Source: Cercozoa sp. M6MM
Taxonomy: Eukaryota > Protista > Endomyxa: Ascetosporea
Strand: one strand, 5' to 3'
Length of the DNA stretch: 64,000 nt
Assembly (NCBI GenBank): GCA_040357565.1
Contig: JBDODJ010000001.1
Both the position numbers and the translations under genes were made by a program. This document shows positions 9,809 through 24,371 of the stretch, piece by piece. How positions within the stretch are numbered: the first letter of the stretch is position 1; every line of letters starts with the position of its first letter. The notes under the pieces were generated by a model. That model searched no databases, had not been told where the DNA came from, and was given only the letters and a program-made list of their open reading frames with translations.

Positions 9809-12550
9809 TCAGAGGCACACCTGGTCGTTGTTGTGCGCGGCGAGTTGCACGTGCAGTCGCTGCAGGATCGACGAGCGGCGGTACATCCGTCTCTGCACAT
9901 ACCGCACACAACCTCAGAGGGACGGGGGGGGGGGGGGGGAAAAAAAGGGCTACCCTTTCGAGAAGGCACAACAACGTGCGGCGTGATCTTTCCCAACGGT
10001 ACTGGCCCCACTTGTTCCCCGCTTTCTCCCCGTGGGGGGGGGGGGGAGATAAGGGGAGCAAGGGCAAAGGGGTAGGGGGCAAACCTTGTCCTCAACAGCG
10101 AGCGTGTCGGGAGCGGCTGACTTGGGCCGAGCACTGCCAGGTGCATCACGATCGGCCACATCGTCATCATCATCGTCGGACGAGTCCGAGTCCGTGTCCG
10201 GCGGCGCCAGCAGATCCGCGTCCATCTCAGGCAGCATACCGACTACACAATGATACAAATGGACCACAATGGACCACAACATAGCGGTACAAATGGACTG
10301 CAGTACCTTCCTCCTTCATCTGAGCGACACCGGCGCCGCCAGACTGACCGACGGATTCCGCCGCTACGTTCGTCGCCGCTTGCGCTGCGTAGTCTGGGGG
10401 GGGGGGGGAAAAGGGGTAACGTGGGGGTAAGGTGGGGGGGTAAGGTAGGGGTAAAGCCTACCGAACTCCACAATGGGCGCATCAGCACGCGCATCGTCAG
10501 AACGCAAATGTTGCTCGCGCTGTGCCAGCAACGCGCGCGGCTGCGGCTCCTCCTTCCGTAGGTCGCGCGGGTAGTCGCCCCATCGCACGTCTGCCCGGAA
10601 GTAATAAAGGGTAAAAGAGGGGTAAACAACAGTGTAAACAGGGGTAAACAGGGGTGTAAACAGGGAGGGGTGTAAACAGGGAGGGGGGGGGGTAAACAGG
10701 GTGTAAACAGGGGGTAAACAGGGGGTAAAGCACCTTGCCGATTGCGCGCAGCACTGACGCAGTCGCCGTAGAGTGTTCGCAACAGTTTTCTTGCGCCTGC
10801 TTCCAGCGCGTTCACTGCACTCTCGCTCACTGCACACAGAGGGGTAGGGAGGTAAAAGGGGTAACGAGGGGCCGGGGGGTAAAGGTGCCAGCGCACGTGG
10901 CAGAGGAGTCTCGGCAGGAAGGGCAGGCGAGCCCAGTTGCTGCAAGGCACGTTGCCGCCGACGCTGCCAGTGTCGTCGCACCTTGTGCTGCAACACCTGC
11001 GGTCGCAGTACTCGGTAGCCCCTATAAGTGTGTATACCTTATATACATACACTTTTGTATACATCTACATACATACATAGATACATGCATATACATATAT
11101 ACATATACATATATACATATACTATCCTTTTATACATGTACATGTATACAGTACAAACATACATACATATACACACATGTGTAGATGTGTATACGCCTGT
11201 GCCGCCTGATGCAGCGCCTCTCGCTGCACCTGCTCGATCTGCGCGCGTCTTCGAATCTCCTTCTGCAGTACTTCGTCGCCCTCTTGCCGTCGCTATGGGG
11301 GGGGGGGTAAGGGAAGGGTAAGAGGGGGCAGTAGGGAGAGGTGGTAAGAGGAGGTAAGAGGCGGGTAAAGAAGCGAAAAGGAACCACGCGACGCTCGCGC
11401 AGTTGCTGTAGTCGCTTCTCGCGCAGATCGTCGAGTGATCTCGCTTCCAGCCACTACAAAAAAACAACAGGTCCAAACTGGCTACAAACTGGCTCCAAGT
11501 ACAGACAAACTGTACTGTACCTCAGATTCGGCTGCCTCGCGAAACAGCGGATCGGCGATGGCTGTGCAAACACACACAAAAAAAAACACACAGAATAAAA
11601 AGAAACAAGAAAAAGAAAGGTTCAGCAAAAACTGACCAGTCGGATCGAACGTGACGCGTTCTTCAGTTTTTCTCTTCTGCGGAAAGAGTGGAGAATCACC
11701 GAAACAAAGAGAGCCGAAGTGAAAGCAACTAAGGCACAGGTGAAAGGGTGGAAGGAGGTTACCACAGGCGGGTAGGGATAGTCATCATCGATCAAGAGAC
11801 GACGGTCCATCCGGTCGGGGAACAAGTCGCCGGTATGCGCATCCCTGGTGGGTGCCACACCCAGGTACATTCGCGCAATCAGTTGCTGACTACGTCTGGC
11901 CACCATCTGCACGCAACAGATTCAGCAAACCAACTGACTGACAGAAGAAACAGCCTCCAGTTCTCCAGTTATCACTGGAGAAACGCACCTGATCGGTAAA
12001 GCACGGGAATAAATAACGACGCGTCGGGCGCTTTTTGTTTTTGAGATTCTCGCGAGGTTCCGCAAGTTCGGTTTGTCGATTCAAAGCGGCCTGTTTCAAC
12101 AACAACGACGAGATAGAGAAAGCAGACAATGTGGCTGAGCAGAAGAAGGCAGCACCTTCTCAATCTTACGCAGCGCATTGGCTGCCTCGGGAACGTGCGT
12201 ACTTCGCAGACCGTTCAGCCAGTCCTCCTTCGATTGCGTCGCGAGTTCTTGGCGCCATTGCTACCCAAACACATCGGGCATCGGTTTAAACGGTGAAACA
12301 GGGTAGCAAAAAAAAAGTACATTGTTGAAGCGACCCATAACCTCTGAGCGCTGCTCATTGGTGGCGTGTGGGTGCATTGTGTCTCCTGCGCCGCTCCACG
12401 TGCCTCCTTATCTCCTGACTGGACTGAAAAGAAACCAATCACACGGTTGCCAGCGCCCGTGACACCTGCTAACAGGGTCCTTCCAGTGCAAGCACAGCAC
12501 CAGGTGCGCCAGTGACCAAACACACGCACACTAGTGCCCCATTGTAGCCG
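9809..12550 (-). CDS. Multi-exon protein, possibly a divergent TFIID subunit TAF4 (histone fold); 5' end uncertain
   Basis: Exons join as KRKTEERVTFDPTAIADPLFREAAESEWLE..VSESAVNALEAGARKLLRTLYGDCVSAARNRQ..AAQAATNVAAESVG..GCVRYVQRRMYRRSSILQRL. These loosely resemble the TAF4 histone fold, its ANxTA motif and its C-terminal helix. Confidence 0.4.
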
Positions 12551-12625
12551 CGCTTTTTTGTTGTGCCTGTTCCCGGTAGGTTCTGAAGGATTAGTTGCTT
12601 TATTTGACACCAATTTGAATTTTAG

Positions 12626-15229
12626 ATGTGTGGGATAGGCATCTTAGTCTCGCGCAACCCGCCCGACAATGATTTTGTCAGCGAGCGAATGGAGGCGCTT
12701 CGACCTCGCGGTCCAGACAGCGTGCAAGTCGAGCGTTTCGCAACGGATGGGTTGCACGTGACCGGGATTGCATCGGTGCTGCACATGCGTGGGCAGAGGT
12801 ACGTTATGTTCAGAATAAGACGGTCCCAGATGGCACACCATGACACCGAAATGTAGTGGACAGGTCACTCAGCAGCCTTTCATCGACTCGGACCGCTTTT
12901 CTCGAGCGAATGTTCGCTTTTTTTGGAACGGTGAAGTGTTTGGAAGCGATGACGAAGATATTGAAGCGGCAGTAGTCGCCAATAACGACGGAGCGGTGAT
13001 TTTCGAGCAGATCATGCGCTGTTTGATTGATTCTGGTATCTTTCATTTCACAGTATCTGACACAGTACAAGTTAGTTTGATTTAGAGGTTGCCACACTTG
13101 CCGAAGCGGCCGAGATACTGAGAGCTCGGGTGTTCCAGAGGATTTCTGGTCCCTACGCAATGACAGTCGTTCTCACCGGCGCGATCGCGCTGAGTGGTGT
13201 TATCTTTGCGCGCGATGCTTTCTTTGGACGACGCAGGTAACGGCACCGTTCCTTTCTTTTGTCTATTAGTTATTGCGTTTGTTGTGATAGCCTATTGGTT
13301 CGCTTGCACGATGACACTTTTGAGTTGTCCTCTGTCGCTATTGGTGAGATTGCAGAGGGACCTGCATCTACCGAGTTGGAACAGTTCGACACGGCACCTT
13401 TTGCGCCTCACTGCGACAATTTGAGGAGTCAACTCACTCTTGATGTTGCCGAATGGATTCCTGTGCCCCGTGAGTTGCTTTTCTGACTGTTTAGTCATCT
13501 AGATGTATGTGTTTTTGGTGTAGCACTGGGTGTGTACGCACTTCCTTTAACGCAAATCGAAAAAGCACTACACACCCCTGACCTAACAAGACTGAGGTTT
13601 CACTTGTCTCCGTTCCAGCCGCTGGCTGATCGAGGAGAAACGCTGGATGAAACACAGTTTGACACGGCAGATGAAGTTTGGACCGATGCTGGAAGGCAGT
13701 TCCTTGATGTATTGACTGATGCCGTTCGCAGGGTACTTCTGATTTATGTGCTGCGTGTGCTTTTTCAATTTTTAAGTGCGTGAAACGAATACAGCGAGTG
13801 ACGGATATTTCGAACCCTCCCAAGTCAAATAAAGACGAAGAGAATGGCACCGGCAGTCGTGTTTCGGTTCTTTTCAGCGGCGGCGTGGACTCGCTCCTTC
13901 TGGCTGCCGTTGCGGACCGTGTGTTGCCCGTGCAGGATACGATCGATCTGATCAATGTCGGCACCATAAGTGAGAACTTTCCTGTTCCTCCCGATCGTCG
14001 GACTGCGCAGTATGGGGTACTTGCTTAACTTTTGAGGATTTCTGTTGATTTTGATATTCGGTATTTGTAGCTGCTTGAGTTACGAAGAGCGTCCAGGAAA
14101 CTTCATGGTGTATGAAGTGCTTTTTATTAATTTTTTCGTTGATACTGGCTTGGGCTTGCTTGTGCAGGTCTCGCGTCGGTTCAATCTGATTGAAGTGGAC
14201 GTGACGGTGGGGGATTTGCGTGCGCACAGGGACACGATCAAGCAGTGCGTGTACCCGCGAGGTGGCACTATGGACCTGAATATCGGTGCCGTCTTCTTTT
14301 TCGGCTCTCGCGGAGTCGGTGTGCTACGCACTCCTCGCGCTGTCCAGCAGCAGATTCGAGCAGTGAATGCGAACGAGAACTTGGCGCGGTTTGCTCTACC
14401 TCAAGCAACGCACTCACTCGAGGAAGAGACCGAGTCTTACGGAGACAGTGATGCACAAGATGGCACACGAGTCACCAGCAGTGCGAGAGTTCTCTTGATT
14501 GGCTTGGGTGCTGATGAGGTACATACATGTGTTTCTTTTGCCGTGTGTACTGCTTTTATTGGACTGGTGCTTTAGTTGCTGGGTGGTTACGGTCGGCATC
14601 GAACCAAATACAGCAAGACATTCAAAGATGCTATTGGTACTGTACCGGATTTTCTCTTGTATTGTTTGTGTGAGTTGTTGTTGCAGAGGCAGGAGAGTCG
14701 CCTAACGTAGCGCACGACGAAGCAACACGCGCTTCGAGTGCCGAAATGGACAGGTTCGTTTGTGCACACCGTAGCTTTAGCTTTATCTCGTTGACTGTGT
14801 GCTCGTTGGCAGAGACATTTCGCGACTCTGGCGGCGTAATCTCGGTCGCGATGACAGGTGCATTGCGCACAATCAAAAAGAAGCGCGTCATCCATTGTAA
14901 CTTTCACCTTGGTTGAAATTGCAGCAATTTTGCCCTCATAATGAACACTTTTTCGATCTACATGTAGCCTCGATAAACGCGTTCTTCAGTGGGTGGCACA
15001 CAGCGCCCGTGTTTGCGACCTCCAGTTGCCGCCCGGCGTGGGCGACAAGCGCGTGCTGCGTCAAGCCTCACTTCTCTGCGGCCTCGGCCAGTGCTCGTCT
15101 CTCATCAAGTAACTGTCTTTTCTTTACTTCTCTCAATAGAATGCTTGCCTCAACTTTATTGATGTTCTTTGCAGGCGAGCTATTCAGTTTGGCACTCGTA
15201 TCGCCAAGTGCGAGCGTGATATCTGGTGA
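12626..15229 (+). CDS. ASNSD1: Asparagine synthetase domain-containing protein 1
   Basis: MCGI N-terminus, RGPD, SVLHMRG, WNGEVFG, VLFSGGVDS, DLINV, PDRRT, MDLNIG, GLGADELLGGYGRHR, RNLGRDDR, GDKRVLR and KRAIQFGTRIAK, in the expected order. Confidence 0.92.
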
Positions 15230-17308
15230 ACGGCATGTCTGTGCCATTCTGTGGTCGTGGGCGTGAAGTGGTTGGGCCGAGACGATCTCGCTCGCGCTGG
15301 CTTTTAGGCTTTGCGAATAACCACCGGCCGTGTACCTTACGTAAACCGAACGTCTGCGATGGGTGTATCCAAACATTCGATTCGAAGCTGATGATGCGAT
15401 CGGATTGAATGCGGCTCCAAGTCCGTTTTGCAACTGCGTTGAGTTGCCAGTATCCATCGTATTCACTCAGTTGATTCCATTCGCTCACCACACGATTCCT
15501 CTAGATCTGACGTCGGATGTCTTACTCAAACAAGACTTGCGAAGCAGCCGACGGTGCCGGCGATGCGAGCAATCGTTCGGCTATATCAGAGGAAGCGAAG
15601 CGTTCGAGTCGGGTAAGTTTTTGGTGATCATGACTGCGGCGCCGACTCGTTGGTCGAGCGTTAACGTTGGTGTTCGGTTCGCCGATGACGTCGCTGAGCA
15701 GGTGTTTCACGATCGACTCGATCTCTCTCGTCTCGAGCATGCCCGTTGCGACTCGTTCGTCAGCTTGCTGCATACCGGTAGTGTGTTCGGAGGTGGAGTC
15801 ATTGCTGGAGACTTTGCCGCTCTCGCTAGTGCTGTCAGGAAGACAGCAGCTTTCAGCAGTGTTGACAGTCTGCGAGGCGACTTCGGCTGACTCGGCAGTG
15901 GCCTGGAGGGAGAAGTCGCGTCTTTCAGCCGCAGCTTTGTCCTTGTCGTTCTCAGTGACAGTGGCTGCGTTGGCGAACACTTTCGCCTCGCCTCGGGTTT
16001 CGGCAGCTTGCACTGCGCGAGAGCGCTTTGCGACACGAAGAGTTTGCGTACTCACGCAGTACAAAAGACTGCGTTGTTTCGCCTCTGCTTTCGACTGGTC
16101 TGGTCGCGTGTGTGCTACTACAGTTAGGCATACTAATCAGAAAAATGAGGTGTGTGGTGCATTACCTTGATTCATCGCCGTCAGTGTGTCGACGAGCAAG
16201 GAACGAAGCTCGAGCATCTGCTGGGACGAACTGTTGCTCACGTGTGACACGATATCTCGCATCTCGGTCATTGCTTTCTGCGTCAACTCCAGGACAGCCG
16301 ACTCTGCTGCATTCGACTGGGATTGCTGTGCAGTGTGGAGCTGCGGCTGGGGAACAAAAGACATTGCGTGTTGGACACGCGCGTTATCTTCCAGCTGTCG
16401 CACTCGCGACCGTAGCGCATCGACATGAGTCTGAAGGTCGGAGTGTTTCCGTATCAAGAGTTTACATTATGGGAATGAAGGAATGAAGCTACAGTCTGCG
16501 CTGACTCGAGACGACTTTGCAGCTGTCGGATCGTTGCCTTCAGGGTAAAGTTCTCATCCTGCACACGAGTCGCTTCCAGTTCGAGACTGCGCCGACTCTT
16601 GCGCAACTCATCGGCATCCGCAGCTGCTTCTTGAAAGTGTTTGAGCTGTTTTGTTATGTGCGACATTTCTTGCTCTTTCTCGCGCAACGTAGCTTGCAAG
16701 TTGAGTGCTTCAGTATCGCGCAGCGACGCCTGCTGTCGCAGTTTCTGCAACTGTTGTTTCAACTCACTCACTCTGCGTTTCTCGGACTGCAAAGCTTCGC
16801 GACAAAGTGAGTTCTTTCTTTCAGCTTCGGCTATTTGGTGTTTGCTTTCACGTCTTGCAGTGTTTTGACGACGCAGGATTTGTTTCGCTTCTTGCACTCG
16901 CGTTTCGAGTCCCGTTGTCAGCTTGGCAAGCAGCTCGATCCTTCGCCACATTCGACGTTCGTGCTGCTCAACGACTCCAGAAAACTGCAAACATCGTTGT
17001 TGGCACGTTTCAAGCACAATGCTGTGCTGTTCGACACGCGTGCGATGCTCGTGCAGAAGCTGTGACTGGCGATCCTCCAGTTCTCCGTTTGTTTTCTGCA
17101 GTTCGGCCTCGAGATCTGACAGTCGTGTCGCAAGTTCGTTTTCTCGCTCGGCAGCCGCGGTTTGTGCACGCGATAGCATATGCTCGAGTGTCCCCGTGCG
17201 CTGCGTGCTCTCGCGCAATTGCTTTCTCGCGAGGGCTTTCAGTCGGCATACCTGAAAGAACTGAGCTCGCCACCTGAGCTCCCGGTCGTCGTCGGAGTCT
17301 AAAACCAT
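15180..17308 (-). CDS. Uncharacterised coiled-coil protein (multi-exon; 3' end approximate)
   Basis: Long E/Q/K/R/L-rich heptad ORFs at 16454-17308, 16137-16457 and 15522-16064, linked by short introns. Confidence 0.6.
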
Positions 17309-17611
17309 CGCTCGCTACACCGATAGCACAAACTGGGTGTAGCGATGGATGTACAGGCAGTAGTGTGTCAGTACTGCACGCGGTTAATTTCTCTTTTTTG
17401 TCTGATCGGACAACTGTGACCAAACACACACGTTCGCAGCCGCTGCCAGATTTTGACCAAGCAATAATATTGCAATGGCTTGCATGTGCGTTATTTGCAA
17501 ATTCAAGCTCAGTTTTAGGGTATCCAACAATTACACTGACTCGTTTCTCGCGCCTAGGGCGAGTCTGTGCTGATGGGTGCTTATTTCTATTGCTTTTTCA
17601 ATAATTTAGAA

Positions 17612-19549
<1,938 letters not shown>

Positions 19550-19837
19550 TGTTTTTTCAAGCAAGCAGAAAGAGCAACTCGGAGTTGCGTTGTCGCATTG
19601 CACTCTGCAAACATTCCGTTCCCGTCCGGTCAGCTTTCGTTTCGTTTTCGCTTCGCTTCGTGAGTGCCAGTGAACCGAACCAACCGACCAATTGTTTGAT
19701 TAACGTAACATAAGTATCCGAGCGTAGCGCGCAGGCAGGCTACTGATACAAAGTCCTGTAACACGACATGCATGTGAATGCGATTAAGTCTAGTCATGAG
19801 CGATCATGCGAGGCCATGCATCCAATCGAATGTATCA

Positions 19838-20508
19838 TCATGACGGAGCCTGCGGTTGCGACGGTTGTTGTGATGACCGTCGCGCGTGTCGCAACTCAGC
19901 GAGGCCCTCGAGAATCATGCCGAGAGTGTGCTGGATACTCTGCGTGCCTTGTTGCAGCACTTGCTGCTTCTGCGAGAGTGTGCGCTGTGTGCAATACCAG
20001 ACACAAATTAGACAGAAGTAGCACATACAAAAACACAGACCCAAAAGGTACCAATCTGTGTTCGCAGAAAGTGATGGCCTCTTCTTGCGTCAGTTCGACC
20101 CACCATTCGTCGCAGGTCTTCACTACCACCTGTACCAAAAAGAAAGTGGAAGAATACACTGTACAGTGAGGGTACAGGCAGTACCTTCTCGGCGTTTACT
20201 TTAGCAGCCACGTAGCATTGCGAAAATTTGCCTCGCCGAGTCAGCAGTTCGACCTCTTTCCGCTTCACGAGTGCCAGTGCGCGCAGCGTTTCCAACAACT
20301 GCATCCTGCGACACCGTGTAATCACAGCACAAGCATCAACTCTGTGTAAAGGCGACAACACGTACATTTCTCTCGTTTCCAAAATCGCGGCGCACTCGCG
20401 CGAATGTGCGATCTTGAGGTCGCGCTGCAGTACATCCTGGCAGTACATTTCGAGCTGCTCGATCCGGCTCTCCAACCCGTCATTGTCATCACTGCTTCTG
20501 TTGCTCAT
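19838..20508 (-). CDS. UXT: Prefoldin alpha-like protein UXT
   Basis: IEQLEMYCQDVLQRDLK..QCYVAAKV..WWVELTQEEAITFC..IQHTLGMILEGLAEL matches the UXT layout. Confidence 0.75.
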
Positions 20509-20604
20509 TTCGCTGTCTAAGTCACAAAAGTGCACCTATAAACAGTCTTCTATCTGAAAAAGTCACCCGCGTGGTTAACTAAGCTTCAGACGTTGCGTCA
20601 AACT

Positions 20605-22178
20605 ATGGGCTCATGGGGCTCGTACAACTTCGGCTCCGTTTGCTCCTTGGCTTTTCCCGCTGATGCATTAATTGTGCGTGTCGCAATGCATGAACAGCAT
20701 AGGCAACGATGGGCACCTTTTCTCGGTAGCATGCTGCGTCGTCGTTTTTCCAAAGATCGATCTCACTTCTGCTGATCAAGACTTGGTCTCTGCAGGTGGG
20801 GTTTCCGGAATGGCAGGCACGCTAGTGTCACATCCACTCGAGGTAGTCAAAGTGCGCTTGCAGCTGCAGAACGAACTAGTTGGTATTACCCCTGCTCCGA
20901 CTTGACTTGACTTGACTGACTTGACTTTGCAGAGAACACGAACCGACAACCGCTGCTTCAGTCGATCCGCACCTTTCTGTTTTCGTATGCGACTGCAAGT
21001 GTTCCACAGGGTGTGCTGATTACACCTTAGACTCTTCGAATCATGCACAGAAGAGACGTGTATGCCGGGATTCAAACTGCACTTGTCCGACAGGCAGGTA
21101 CAGCCTTCCTTAGTTTTGATCTGTTTCATTAAATCAACAAGTGCAGTTTCGGCTTCGACACGATTTGGAATGAAAGCGAAACTGGAACAATTGTTTCACC
21201 ATGATCCATCGCAGTTCGTCCCGTTATACAAGCAGGTATAATTAACTGATGCTTCCACTGTGTCAGACTTGACTGGATTGAAACCTTAGGTACCGATCGC
21301 ACTGACTGCGGGAGCCTGCAGTGCCGTTGTTGCCTGTCCTTTCGACTCAATTCTCTTGCGACAACAAGGTTTCACTGTGACCTTGTGTCTTTTGCTTCCT
21401 TTCTTTTATTAGGGTACTTGGTAGGTGCTAGACAAGGCACGTCGTTGATAGACGCTGTTCGAAACATCGGCGGTATGCGTGGCCTGTTTGCCAACGTGCC
21501 TGCCAACTGTACGCGCGCTGCCACTGTCACTCTTGGACAGTTCGTTGGTACACAATCAACAACAAACAGACGCTGTATGATGCTGCTGCACTTGCCTGCT
21601 GTAGGCAAGGACGGGAGCAAAGAAATCTTGCTGAAACTGGGCTTTCAAAATACGCTGAAAACTGGTTCGTTTGATTAAAGATTGTCTGCTTTATCTTTTT
21701 ACCCCTCCCTCACCCTCCCTCGGGCAGATGCACTGGCAGCGATTGGTGGCGGCTTTTTCGTTGTGCTTGTTAACAGTCCGGCCGATGTAGTGCGGACGCG
21801 TCTCATGAACACTGTCAAGAATGGTGCACTCGCACAACTAAACTCTCTGACTGTAAATTTACCTGCATGCATGTGTACTTGTACAGGTGCACAGTACCGA
21901 GGTGTCACAGACTGCATTCGGCAGATCTTCAGACACGAGGGCTGCGGCGGCTTCTACGTTCGTTGTTTTCATTCAGTTTGTTGTTGTGGCTGTTGTTCGA
22001 CGCCCTGCCTGATGTTGCCTTGTGCAGAAGGGATGGAAGATCTACTGTGTGCGCGTGATGCCGCGTATGTTTGATTCCGGTTTCTGTGTTTTGGTTTCGA
22101 GCAACTTGTGCAGACGTTCTGACGATGTTCACGACTTACGAGTTCCTGCGACGACGCTTTGGCACCCTGACAGCGTAG
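20605..22178 (+). CDS. Mitochondrial carrier (SLC25; dicarboxylate/oxoglutarate/UCP-like)
   Basis: Carrier signatures HPLEVVKVRLQ and SPADVVRTRLMN, plus GLFANVPANCTRA and YRGVTDCIRQIFRHEG. Confidence 0.85.
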
Positions 22179-22588
22179 TTGGCACGCATTGCAAACGAAC
22201 GGAAAGCTTAAGTAACGTGGCGTCCCGCATCCCGTTCCGTTCTTTTATTTTATCTGTTTTTAGTAGTGCTGCCTTGCCCCAACGAACGCAACTGAACTTA
22301 ACCTATGCTAAACCTACCCGACCGACTACAGGTGTACTTCGCGTACTGTAAGTACTAATCAGCTACAGCGCAGTTGACTCGACTCGCGGTCAACTCAAAT
22401 GGGCGGGACCGAGCGACTCGAGGTTGGTTTCCTTCTTGGGACTGGTGGAACTTCGAGGACGCCGAGTGACCCTGGCCAGCAGCAGAGTGCTTCGACGTCT
22501 TTCCTCTGCGAACGCAATCAAAATTTATACTTGTACGGGTACTGCAGGTGAACTTATAGCCTACGCTCTCGCAGACGGATGCGGTCTC

Positions 22589-24000
22589 TTAGCCACGCGA
22601 TTGCAAAGCCCTTTGGTCCGATCCAGTTGTATCGTCTTGTGTCTTGTATGATAGTAGAGAACACAGATCCAGTACCAGACAAGTCCCGAACACAGCCATC
22701 AAAAGTGCAGCCAGTCTACAGCAGGAAATTAACCCGGCTCTGTTGTGCACATAGCAAGCCATCAGCTGCAGCAACGTACACGAACAGTAGTGTCGTCCAG
22801 GAGCGCCAAGTCATCACATGGTACACTGGTCGAACGCAGTAGCTGTAGGCGAAGTTGATTGGAAGGTACAGTAGCAGGCCCACAATAACCGCGTACAGCG
22901 ACGTTCGCTTCTGCACCTGCATGCGGCAGAAGCACAAATCCAGCACGGCAAACACGGCGCACAAGCAGTGGGTCGTGAGGTCCAGAAACGGGTCGAGTGT
23001 CTCCTTCCTACTTTCAGTACAATCTCTGTGTAACTGCAATATTCGATTATGCTTCGGTCCGCTGATGTACTGTACCGGTACAAGGCGGCCCAGAACTGAA
23101 CGGAAACCATGATGGCAAAGCTGAGGTGCAGCAGAGCCAGCACCGACAGGAACTGCAAGAATCGGTATTTTCGAGACACGTCTTTTCGAAACGGTTCCTC
23201 TGAGGCAGGCGCAAGTGCGTGTACGTCACTGTCCGAGTCGGAACGAGAAATGTCGACTTACAACATCGCTGTCGCCTTCCGCGCCAGGAGGGTCGAAGGT
23301 GCGAATGCTGTAAGAGTCCTCTTTGCGTCGCTCAGCGGACAGAGCGGCCATTTTGACACAGTGCATCGACGTTGCAACGCCCGCTAGTCCCTATAAAATT
23401 GGTTGATCAGTAGGAACATTAAAATAACTGAACTGCTTGGAGAAATGTGAACCTACGAAGTACAGCAGCGTCAAACACAGCGTCCAGTTCGTGAGGTAAA
23501 AGACCCACGGTGTGCGTTGTGCATTGTTGACGTTCAGATGCCGGAAAGTGAGAAATAGAGAACGATGCACCACAGCACGAAGACTAAAAAACGAAAGCAC
23601 GCCAGCGCAACTGTAGTTCTGTAGCTTCCCGACCATGAAACTGCGCAATGAAAGTAATGAAACACTTGAATCTTGCTGTAAAATTGGATTTGACACTACT
23701 TAATATCAACCGCGCATCATAGCGTCCCCAATCGTGTATTAACTTCGGCATCGCACTGCTCCGAGCTGTTTTGGCTGTTGCTCGAGTCAAGTTCCACAGG
23801 AGGTTGTCATGACGAACAAATCCCATGTGCCAGCACGTAGCGAGACTGAAAGTCCGAAGCGTATCGACACAGAGAGTTGAACCACAGACAATAATCACAA
23901 AGAAGCGCATGGATGAACGGAAGTGCAGTACACGAACTGAACACAGGTAAGTCCAACCTTCTTCTGTCACCACTGGCACAGAGGCCCATTGCATTGCCAT
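22589..24000 (-). CDS. Multi-pass membrane protein, rolling stone / FAR-17a-AIG1-like
   Basis: VFYLTNWTLCLTLLYF, MVSVQFWAALY, THCLCAVFAVLDL and PVYHVMTW motifs with hydrophobic helices. Ends are approximate. Confidence 0.6.
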
Positions 24001-24371
24001 TACTGACGTGACGTGATCGGATTAGAGCGATGCTCCGCCCGTGACGTTCACTTTTCACGCGTATCTATCGTATATACTAAGCTGATGTGACTTGGAAACG
24101 AAAGTCCAAGTCAGCGCAGTTGCGATTGGAGCGGACGTAGTGTCGTGCTGAATGAAACGGAAAGACTAAGTGATGACGTGTGTTGCCGCGGGCAGGCGTG
24201 GACGGTGCGCGGGAGACCCGGTGTTCGGTTGCGAGCGGCCAGACTGGCGTGGTAGTGATCAATCACGAGCGGAGTGAATTTGAGTCACGCCAACCCGAAG
24301 GGAGGCGAGAAAAACTGTTTGAACATTCTTGCGTTGTGTCGGTATTGAGGGGTCCTTGCTTGATGGAGCTC

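Noticed and set aside
10600-10730. Interstitial telomere
   Set aside because: The units are GGGGTAAACA-like, degenerate and intronic, not TTAGGG/TTTAGGG; the organism's telomere repeat is unknown.
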